A stretch of 16,414 nt of DNA from Gemmatimonadota bacterium (GTDB lineage Bacteria > Gemmatimonadota > Gemmatimonadetes > Gemmatimonadales > GWC2-71-9): positions 1-16,414 of the forward strand of contig JBDHAB010000055.1 of assembly GCA_039588295.1 (NCBI GenBank). Direction: 5' to 3'. Shown here one piece after another: positions 4,894 through 13,961 of the stretch (its first letter is position 1; every line of letters begins with the position of its first letter). Below the pieces are notes generated by a model. It did no database searches. It was given only the letters and a program-made list of their open reading frames with translations, and was not told the origin of the DNA. The position numbers and the translations under genes were made by a program.

Positions 4894-7131
4894 GTGACGC
4901 CGATCGAAGAGTTGGACCAAATCGCGATCAACGTCCGATCCCACCGTCTCCTCAAGACGTTGCTCAAAGAGAATCCCAAGCTCGAGACACTCATGCGCAA
5001 CGCGAAGAACGAGACGGAGGCGCGCGTGGGTCTCAAGCATTGGGTGCTCGAGGAGCTGGAGCACCGGCCCAAGGCGCTGGCATACTACGAAGGCGCCCAT
5101 GCCGACCGCGAGGCCTTTGAGGCGCTGACGTGGCGAGACTACGCCGCAATCCGCCTCCTCGACTACGTGGACCACTCGGGTCGCGAGTTCATCGATGAGA
5201 ACCTGCGGGGTGCCGTGGCGGTCAGCACGCCGGTGCGCCAACTGTGGCTTGCCGTGAATCGAGGAACCGGTGGGGCAAAGCCCGATTTCTTCGAAGACAT
5301 GCTCTACGTGTTTCGGCAGTTCACCGGCACGAGCAAGCGCCGTCTGCCGAACCAGGACGAGGTCGAGCAGTGGATGGATCGGTACCCGTCGGGGGTGGAT
5401 CCTCGAATCGTGGCGGTTCGGGAGGAGAATCGGGACCGCATCCTCAACGTGATCATCGATCGCATGGATCGTGGTGAGATCACGAGCCAGCGATTCCAAT
5501 TCGAGCCGGACCTCTCGCGGGAAGACCGGTTGCGGCAGGCGCGCCAGTGGTGGAAGGACCTGCACTTCCACTTGAGCTTCGCCGTGCGCTCCCCGGAACT
5601 GCTCAATGAGATGATGGGAGAGTCGCTGGATCCGGATACGTTGAAGGTGCTCCAGCGGGCGCGCGATCGCGGCATCCCGTTCTTCGTGAATCCCTACTAC
5701 CTCTCACTGCTCCACGTGCGGGTGCCGTACTTTGCGATCGGTGCGGATCTGGCGATCCGGCACTATGTGCTGTACAGCTCCCAGCTCGTCGAGGAGTTCG
5801 GACACATCGTGGCCTGGGAGAAGGAAGACACCATCAGGCCGGGCAAGCCCAATGCCGCTGGCTGGCTGCTGCCGCCGTACGACAACGTGCACCGGCGCTA
5901 TCCGGATGTGGCCATCCTGATCCCCGACACGCAGGGCCGGGCCTGTGGCGGCCTCTGTGCCTCGTGCCAGCGGATGTACGATTTCCAACGTGGACGTCTC
6001 AATTTCGATATGGAAGCACTCGCCCCGCAGCCAACCTGGCCGGAAAAACTCTCCGAGCTCATGCACTACTTCCAGGAAGACTCGCAGCTCCGAGACGTAC
6101 TCATTACGGGCGGTGACGCGTTGATGGCGTCGGACCATTCCGTGGAACAGGTACTGGATGCGGTCTTCGAGATGGCTCGGGCGAAGCGGGATGCCAACGT
6201 GGGGCGTCCCGATGGCGAACGATTCGCCGAAATCCAACGTGTCCGGCTGGGAACCCGCATGCCCGTCTACCTCCCGCAGCGCATTACGCCTGATTTGGCG
6301 GGAATCCTCGCGCGGTTCAAGGAGAAGGCGGTCGAGGTGGGGATCCAGCAGTTCGTGGTACAGACGCATTTCGAGTCGCCGATGGAAGTGACGCCGGAAG
6401 CGCGCGAAGCGGTGGCACGGCTCAGGTCGGCGGGCTGGATTATCGGGAACCAGCTCGTCATGAGCGCGGCGGCGTCCCGTCGCGGTCACTCGGCCAAATT
6501 GCGGCAAGTGCTCAACTACGTCGGCGTGATGCCGTACTACACCTTCGTGCTCAAGGGATATATGGAGAACCAGTTCAACTACGCCCCGATCGCGCGAGTG
6601 GTGCAGGAAGAGCTCGAAGAGAAAGTCTGTGGACGCGTGCCCGACAAATACTTGGGGGCAATCCGGCGACTGCTCGAGGAGCCCGAGCGGCTCGTGGGCA
6701 ATGCAGAGGCGATTCGGGGCGCGGCGGGGCTGCCCTTCCTGGCCACGGATCGGAGCGTGCTCAATCTGCCCGCCGTGGGCAAGAGCCTCACGTTTCGGGT
6801 GATCGGCATTACCCGGTACGGACGCCGCATCCTGGAGTTCGACCACGATCGGACCCGGGCCCACAGCCCGATCATCGACAGCATGGGCAAGGTGATCATC
6901 ATCGAGTCAAAGTCGATCCGAGAGTTCCTGCGTCAGCTGGAGGAGATCGGCGAGGACCCCCTGGAGTACGAAGGTGTCTGGGGCTATTCGCTCGGGCAGA
7001 CGGAACCGCGCATGCCCTTGTATGAGTATCCGGAATACGATTTTGCCGTCACCGATCAACTGACGAACTTCGAGTTGCCCGAATCGGAACGCGGCGCGGC
7101 CGTGGAGCCGCTGTCGGAGATGCCAGGATAA
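4894..7131 (+). CDS. Long-form KamA-family radical SAM / PLP-dependent 2,3-aminomutase homologue (745 aa); substrate uncertain
   Basis: Motifs HRRYPDVAIL, CGGLCASCQR (CxxxCxxC at C351/C355/C358), RDVLITGGDAL, RLGTRMPVYLPQRIT, QTHFESPMEVT, GNQLV, PYY and NLPAVGK all align in order with lysine 2,3-aminomutase. GTG start with GGAG upstream. Confidence 0.9.
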   Translation: MTPIEELDQIAINVRSHRLLKTLLKENPKLETLMRNAKNETEARVGLKHWVLEELEHRPKALAYYEGAHADREAFEALTWRDYAAIRLLDYVDHSGREFIDENLRGAVAVSTPVRQLWLAVNRGTGGAKPDFFEDMLYVFRQFTGTSKRRLPNQDEVEQWMDRYPSGVDPRIVAVREENRDRILNVIIDRMDRGEITSQRFQFEPDLSREDRLRQARQWWKDLHFHLSFAVRSPELLNEMMGESLDPDTLKVLQRARDRGIPFFVNPYYLSLLHVRVPYFAIGADLAIRHYVLYSSQLVEEFGHIVAWEKEDTIRPGKPNAAGWLLPPYDNVHRRYPDVAILIPDTQGRACGGLCASCQRMYDFQRGRLNFDMEALAPQPTWPEKLSELMHYFQEDSQLRDVLITGGDALMASDHSVEQVLDAVFEMARAKRDANVGRPDGERFAEIQRVRLGTRMPVYLPQRITPDLAGILARFKEKAVEVGIQQFVVQTHFESPMEVTPEAREAVARLRSAGWIIGNQLVMSAAASRRGHSAKLRQVLNYVGVMPYYTFVLKGYMENQFNYAPIARVVQEELEEKVCGRVPDKYLGAIRRLLEEPERLVGNAEAIRGAAGLPFLATDRSVLNLPAVGKSLTFRVIGITRYGRRILEFDHDRTRAHSPIIDSMGKVIIIESKSIREFLRQLEEIGEDPLEYEGVWGYSLGQTEPRMPLYEYPEYDFAVTDQLTNFELPESERGAAVEPLSEMPG

Positions 7132-7171
7132 TCCGACCCTCCGGACCCTCTGACTATCCCGCCATCCGACC

Positions 7172-8737
7172 ATGAGCACCGACATCACCATCATTCAACG
7201 CATGAGCGAGAGTGGGACCGCGAAGCTCGCCTGGACGGGTCTCACGCCGGACCTCCTGGAGAAGGCGCGCGGCCGCGTGAAGACCGTGGCGTGGCTCATG
7301 CTCGCCGTCACCGGAGTGGGTGCACTCATAGACCTCCTGTACTTCACGTTCTTCGTAGGGGTCACAGACCCCATCTGGCTCGCGGGGAGCGTGTTGGGCG
7401 TTGTGTTGAGCGTAGCGCTCATTGTCATTGGCAACAGCGCGCGGGTGCCGCACGTCACGGTGTTGCACCTGGCGCTGGCGTACGAAGTGGCGCTGTGTTT
7501 CATCTTGGCCGTGCTGACCCCGTGGCTCATGTACGCGGAGGTTGGTGACGTCCCGTATGTTACCTGGGTCACACCGCTCATCATTCTGTTCCCGCTCATC
7601 GTTCCGAGTCCGCCCCGCATGACGCTGATGACCGCCATCGCTGCGGCCGCAACACGCCCGCTTGGCTTGGTGCTGCTCGACTGGCTCATCGGGTTGGATA
7701 TCCCGACAATGCGGTACGTGGCCTCGACGGCGAGCCCGGCCTTCGCGGTCGTGCTGGCGTATGCCGGATCTCGCATCGTTCATGGGATGACGGTGGACCT
7801 CGCGCAGGCTCGCCGCATGGGGAGCTACCAACTCGAGACACGATTGGGAGCCGGTGGCATGGGTGAGGTGTGGCGTGCGCGACATCAACTCCTGGCGCGT
7901 CCCGCCGCGATCAAGCTCGTGCGACCGGAGACACTGGGCCTGGGCGGGGAGGAGGAGCGTGTCACGCTCACCCGGTTCGAGCGGGAAGCGCAGGCCACGG
8001 CCTCGATGCGCTCACCGCACACCATCGACCTCTACGACTTCGGGATCTCGCAGAGTGGTGCGTTCTACTACGTCATGGAATTGCTGAACGGGTTGGACCT
8101 CGACGCGCTCGTCAGTCGGTTTGGGCCGGTGTCGCCCGCGCGCGCCGTCCATCTGCTGCTCCAAATCTGTGACTCGCTTGGCGAGGCACATGAGAATGGC
8201 CTGATTCATCGCGACATCAAGCCAGCGAACGTGTATGTGTGCCGCTACGGCCGTCAAGTGGATTTCGTCAAAGTGCTCGACTTCGGGTTGGTCAAGTTCC
8301 ACCATGAGCGCGATGAAGTCGATCTCAAGATCACCGGGGAGAATGCGGTGGGCGGGACACCGGCGTTCATCGCCCCCGAGCAGGTCATGGGTGCCGACGT
8401 CGATGGGCGCACGGACATCTATGCGCTCGGCTGCGTCGCGTATTGGATGCTCACCGGACGGTACGTGTTCAAGGGGAAATCGGCGCTGGCGACCATGATG
8501 ATGCATGTCGAGAAGACGCCGCAACCTCCGTCCGCGTCCGGCGAGCAGCCGATTCCCAGTGCCCTCGATCGGGCCGTGCTGGTGTGTCTCGAGAAGGATC
8601 CGACCGGACGGCCGCAGACCGTTGATCAGCTCGTCACCATGCTGCAGGCGTGCGACGTGGATGACGGCTGGACGCCGGAGAAAGCGTGGCAATGGTGGGA
8701 GCACCACCTGCCCGCGGGGTCACGGTCGGACGGATAA
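7172..8737 (+). CDS. Hanks-type Ser/Thr protein kinase with an N-terminal multi-pass membrane domain (about 6 TM)
   Basis: LGAGGMGEVW, AAIK, RFEREA, HRDIKPAN, KVLDFGLVK, GTPAFIAPE and DIYALG. About six hydrophobic segments lie in residues ~40-200. Confidence 0.95.
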   Translation: MSTDITIIQRMSESGTAKLAWTGLTPDLLEKARGRVKTVAWLMLAVTGVGALIDLLYFTFFVGVTDPIWLAGSVLGVVLSVALIVIGNSARVPHVTVLHLALAYEVALCFILAVLTPWLMYAEVGDVPYVTWVTPLIILFPLIVPSPPRMTLMTAIAAAATRPLGLVLLDWLIGLDIPTMRYVASTASPAFAVVLAYAGSRIVHGMTVDLAQARRMGSYQLETRLGAGGMGEVWRARHQLLARPAAIKLVRPETLGLGGEEERVTLTRFEREAQATASMRSPHTIDLYDFGISQSGAFYYVMELLNGLDLDALVSRFGPVSPARAVHLLLQICDSLGEAHENGLIHRDIKPANVYVCRYGRQVDFVKVLDFGLVKFHHERDEVDLKITGENAVGGTPAFIAPEQVMGADVDGRTDIYALGCVAYWMLTGRYVFKGKSALATMMMHVEKTPQPPSASGEQPIPSALDRAVLVCLEKDPTGRPQTVDQLVTMLQACDVDDGWTPEKAWQWWEHHLPAGSRSDG

Positions 8738-8785
8738 CAAATCAACCGTACCGCCACCCGGTCCTCCCGGATAACTTCCCACTCC

Positions 8786-9838
8786 ATGAAATCACTCATC
8801 CAACAGTGGTCCGGAGAGTCGGTCGTCGCGACCTATGACGGCACGACCGGATCGTGGATCTTCATCGCGATCCATGACACGACCCTCGGCCCTGCCATGG
8901 GTGGCTGCCGGGTGCGGCAGTATGCCAGTCCGGAGGATGGTCTGCGCGACGCCATGCGGCTGGCCGAGGGCATGACGTACAAATGGGCAGCCATCGGGTT
9001 CGACCTGGGTGGTGGCAAAAGCGTGCTTGCTGTTTCGGGCCCACTGGGTCCGGATGAACGCGACCACCTGCTCCGACGGTTCGGGCGCTTGGTGGCGTCG
9101 CTGCGCGGCGGGTACGCGTGCGGGCCCGATCTGGGAACGACACCGGAAGACATGGCGGTGATCGGCCAGGAAACGGAATTTGTCCACGGCTACGATCGGG
9201 CCACGGGAGCGGCGCTCGATCCCGGGCCGTATACGGCGCTCGGTGTGTTCGTCGGGATGCGGGCGGCGCTCGGGCATACCTTCGACAGCACCCAGTTTGC
9301 CGGTCGCACGGTGCTGGTGCAGGGCGTCGGTGATGTGGGGCTTCCGCTTGCACGACTGCTGGCGGCAGAAGGTGCCACGGTGGTACTGAGCGACGCCGAC
9401 ACGGAGCGGGCCACGACGTTGGCGCGCGAGCTGGATGCGCAGTCCGTACCCGCGGACGAGGTGTACACCACGCCGTGTGACGTTTACGCCCCTTGTGCCG
9501 TGGGAGCGACGCTGAACACGACCACCGTGCCGTTGCTGCCCTGCAGGATCGTCGCGGGCTCGGCGAACAATCAGCTCGCTGAAACCGAGGACGCGGACCG
9601 GCTACACGCGCGCGGCATTCTGTACACCCCGGATTATGTGATCAACGCCGGTGGCGCGACGGCGTTGCCGCTGCTTGGTCAGGGACACGCCGACGATCAG
9701 GTCCGCGAGCGCATTCGCGGCTTTGAGTACACGTTGACCGAGATCTTCGAGGAGGCCGCTTCGACCGGTGAGTCCCCGTACTACGCGGCGCAGCGCCGAG
9801 TCGATCGAGTGCTGCAGGCGAGGCGCCAGGGTCGCTAA
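8786..9838 (+). CDS. Leu/Phe/Val (ELFV family) amino acid dehydrogenase, leucine dehydrogenase-like
   Basis: IAIHDTTLGPAMGGCR, LAEGMTYK, GGGKSV, GPDLGT, VQGVGDVG (NAD-binding), DVYAPCAVG, AGSANNQL and PDYVINAGG; 350 aa. Confidence 0.95.
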   Translation: MKSLIQQWSGESVVATYDGTTGSWIFIAIHDTTLGPAMGGCRVRQYASPEDGLRDAMRLAEGMTYKWAAIGFDLGGGKSVLAVSGPLGPDERDHLLRRFGRLVASLRGGYACGPDLGTTPEDMAVIGQETEFVHGYDRATGAALDPGPYTALGVFVGMRAALGHTFDSTQFAGRTVLVQGVGDVGLPLARLLAAEGATVVLSDADTERATTLARELDAQSVPADEVYTTPCDVYAPCAVGATLNTTTVPLLPCRIVAGSANNQLAETEDADRLHARGILYTPDYVINAGGATALPLLGQGHADDQVRERIRGFEYTLTEIFEEAASTGESPYYAAQRRVDRVLQARRQGR

Positions 9839-9914
9839 TCCCGATTCGAGTTTCACTCGGTCGCGGCTCGCGGCACTCCTTGCACGACGAGACCCCTACG
9901 CGAGGCGACATAGC

Positions 9915-10148
9915 ATGGCTTACCGGAGATTCACGGATCGTGATGGCAACGTGTGGGAAGTGAAGGATCACTCCAGTAACGAGTGGACCCTTGAACCGGG
10001 GTCGGGCAATCCCAATCCGGCGGTGCGCGTGCCAGCACCGGGCTACGAGAAGGACCCCTTCGAGTTGAGTAGGGAGGAGGTACAGCGCCTGCTGGATGCG
10101 GCGCCGCGGCCGCAGTCGGCGCCACGCCGATCGCCGTTTCTCGACTGA
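9915..10148 (+). CDS. Small hypothetical protein (77 aa)
   Basis: Start moved to ATG 9915 (GAGG upstream) to avoid overlapping the dehydrogenase gene. The sequence MAYRRFTDRDGNVWEVKD...W...DPFELSREEVQRLLDAA has globular-protein composition. Confidence 0.78.
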   Translation: MAYRRFTDRDGNVWEVKDHSSNEWTLEPGSGNPNPAVRVPAPGYEKDPFELSREEVQRLLDAAPRPQSAPRRSPFLD

Positions 10149-10163
10149 GCTACTGCGTCGGCC

Positions 10164-10556
10164 TCACTCCACGATCGCGACGCTGTACCGGCATGCGGTA
10201 CAGTGCACCTCGCGCGTCGTGACACCCTCGGTGATGTCCGGAGGTCCGAGCAGGAGCCATCCTTCACAGCGTGGACACGCGACACCCTCGGGGGGTTCCG
10301 CAACCATTTGTATGATTCGCACGGTGTCTTCCCAGGTGAACTGCGCCACCGGAGGGCGGCGGCGTTCTCCAGGAGCGCGGCGTTCTCTAACGGCATCACG
10401 ATCGGCCGCGCGCCGACGCTCCTGCTCGACCGCGAGGTCGACCACTGCCTTGTCCTCGAGTCGACGATCGAATCCCGAACGACGCTCGGTCCCGGAGCGA
10501 CGCTCTGGAAGAAATCGTCGAGCGGGGCGATCCGACTTACTCGTGGGCTCGGGCAT
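10164..10556 (-). CDS. Small protein with tandem RRxxx(E/D)RR motifs and a C-terminal CxxC...CxxC zinc-ribbon-like domain (130 aa)
   Basis: RRFLPERRSGTERRSGFDRR...ERRRAADR...ERRAPGERRR, followed by CPRC and CTAC. It fills the gap downstream of the co-oriented DASS gene. Confidence 0.78.
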   Translation of the reverse strand: MPEPTSKSDRPARRFLPERRSGTERRSGFDRRLEDKAVVDLAVEQERRRAADRDAVRERRAPGERRRPPVAQFTWEDTVRIIQMVAEPPEGVACPRCEGWLLLGPPDITEGVTTREVHCTACRYSVAIVE

Positions 10557-10622
10557 CACAGCCGTGCCGGCGTCATGATCTCCAATGATATCCTTGGGGA
10601 CCGACGGCGGCTATCAACGCTG

Positions 10623-12065
10623 CTACCAAAGGCCGATCACCTTCCACCACACGCCCCCCACCCCCAGCCACAGCACCACGTTCACCACGCTCACCACGAG
10701 ACCCAGCCGCCACCAGTCGATCACGTCGACGTACCCCGCTCCAAACAACACGGGTGCGGGACCCGTGCCGTAGTGGGTCATACTGCTGAACAAGTTGCTG
10801 AAGAACGCCAGCACCAACGCGGCAAGGAGCGGCGGCGCACCTACCGCAAGCGCAACGCCCAGGAACGGGGCGTACATGGAGCTTACATGCGCGGTATTAC
10901 TCGCGAAGAAGTAGTGGCTGTAGAAGTAGATCAGGCTCAATGCCAAAAAGGCCGGTAACCACCCGGTCTCGCCGAACAATCCCCCGACGGTTGCGCTGAA
11001 CCACGGGATCAAACCGAGTTGGGTGAGGAACGAGGCCATCATCACGAGCGCCGCGAACCAGACCAGCGTATCCCAGGCACCCTTCTCGTTGAGGATGTCG
11101 TCCCACTCCAGCACGCCGCTCATCAGGAGGATGACCAGACCGAGCATGGCGGTGACCGTGGTGTGCAACGAGAGCGTGTCACCCAAGATCCAGAGGGTGA
11201 GCAACAGGACAAAGCAGACCAGCATGACCCATTCGCCGCGTGAGACGGGTCCCATGTCCCGCAGGTGATCTCGAGCGAGCGCAGCCGCGTTGGGCGTCTC
11301 GGTGATCTCGGGTCGATACAGCCGATACAACAGCCACGGCACCAGCGCGAGGCTCAGGAGTCCGGGTACGAGGGCCGCCACCGCCCACTGAGTCCACGTA
11401 ATGGAGATGCCCTGGTCACGAGCGAGTTGCGCCGCGAGAGGATTGGCCGCCATCGCCGTGAGGAACATGGCGCTCGTGATCACCGTGCCTTGAAACGAGG
11501 CCTTGGTGAGAAACGCGCCGATCCGCCGGGCGGTGCCGTCCTCAGGTCTGCTATCATAGGCCTGCGCGACCGAGCGCAGGATCGGGAAGATCACGCCGCC
11601 CGCTCGCGCGGTGTTACTGGGGATGGCCGGTGCCAGGACGAGGTCCGTGGCGATGAGACCGTAGCTGAGACCGAGCGACCGCCTGCCGAGCCACGCCATG
11701 AACAGATAGGCGATCCGCGCCCCGAGACCGGTCTTGATGAATCCGCGCGAGATGAAGAACGCCAACACGATGAGCCAGATCACGGTGTTGCCGAATCCCG
11801 TCAACGCCTCGCCGATCGACAGCGTCCGTGTGACGGCGGTGGCGCAGATACCGATGAGCGCGACGGCCCCCATCGGCAGAGGCTTCAGGATGATGCCGAC
11901 GATCGTCGCAATGAAGATGGCCAATAGGTGTATGGCACGCGCCTCGACACCATCCGGAGCCGGCACGAACCAGAGAGCCAAGGCCACGACGACCGGCACC
12001 GCAAGGCGGACGGCGATGCGGTGTGGTATCGCGACCGTGGGTGGTGGGTCGGTGCTCCGCGCCAT
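10623..12065 (-). CDS. DASS family di/tricarboxylate transporter (CitT/TtdT/YbhI/YflS-like anion permease)
   Basis: KPLPMGA, GFIKTGLGARIA, LAPAIPSNTARAGG, FLTAMAANP, WDTLVWF, YFYSHYFFASNTAH and THYGTGPAP; highly hydrophobic. Start set at ATG 12065 (GAGGATAAGG upstream). Confidence 0.95.
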   Translation of the reverse strand: MARSTDPPPTVAIPHRIAVRLAVPVVVALALWFVPAPDGVEARAIHLLAIFIATIVGIILKPLPMGAVALIGICATAVTRTLSIGEALTGFGNTVIWLIVLAFFISRGFIKTGLGARIAYLFMAWLGRRSLGLSYGLIATDLVLAPAIPSNTARAGGVIFPILRSVAQAYDSRPEDGTARRIGAFLTKASFQGTVITSAMFLTAMAANPLAAQLARDQGISITWTQWAVAALVPGLLSLALVPWLLYRLYRPEITETPNAAALARDHLRDMGPVSRGEWVMLVCFVLLLTLWILGDTLSLHTTVTAMLGLVILLMSGVLEWDDILNEKGAWDTLVWFAALVMMASFLTQLGLIPWFSATVGGLFGETGWLPAFLALSLIYFYSHYFFASNTAHVSSMYAPFLGVALAVGAPPLLAALVLAFFSNLFSSMTHYGTGPAPVLFGAGYVDVIDWWRLGLVVSVVNVVLWLGVGGVWWKVIGLW

Positions 12066-12189
12066 GACGACCTTATCCTCGTCCGTGTTCGGTCGCGGGG
12101 TGCGGCGACACAACCGGACCGGCTACCATGCGTTGTGCCGGGATGGTCCGCCAGCAGGGTAACGCTGACCGTGTGGAGCGCGCGGCCGG

Positions 12190-13764
<1,575 letters not shown>

Positions 13765-13961
13765 GATGCCAACTAATGTAGCGAGTCCGGCCTCGGGATT
13801 CCTCTTTTGGGGACGGTGGGGCAGTAGAAACTGCTCGCGGCGTGACGTCGTAGGGTGGTGAACACTCATGTCGCGGAGGCTGTTCGCGCCGCCGCCTGGC
13901 GCCCCGTGCGCTGCCGCGATATCATCGCTCAGTTGCGCGTCACTCGCATGGCGAGGGAACG

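Noticed and set aside
5704..6864. 386-aa - strand ORF and other long antisense ORFs (3289..4050, 8012..8707, 10203..10958, 11265..11927, 12886..13584, 14844..15554)
   Set aside because: Shadow frames expected from high-GC codon bias; each lies opposite a gene with clear family motifs.
4894..7131. Assigning kamA, epmB or ablA as gene symbol
   Set aside because: Length, specificity residues and gene context do not match these characterised enzymes.
9872..9884. GGCAC...TTGCA upstream of the 77-aa gene as a sigma54 promoter
   Set aside because: The spacing is GG-N8-GC rather than the required N10.
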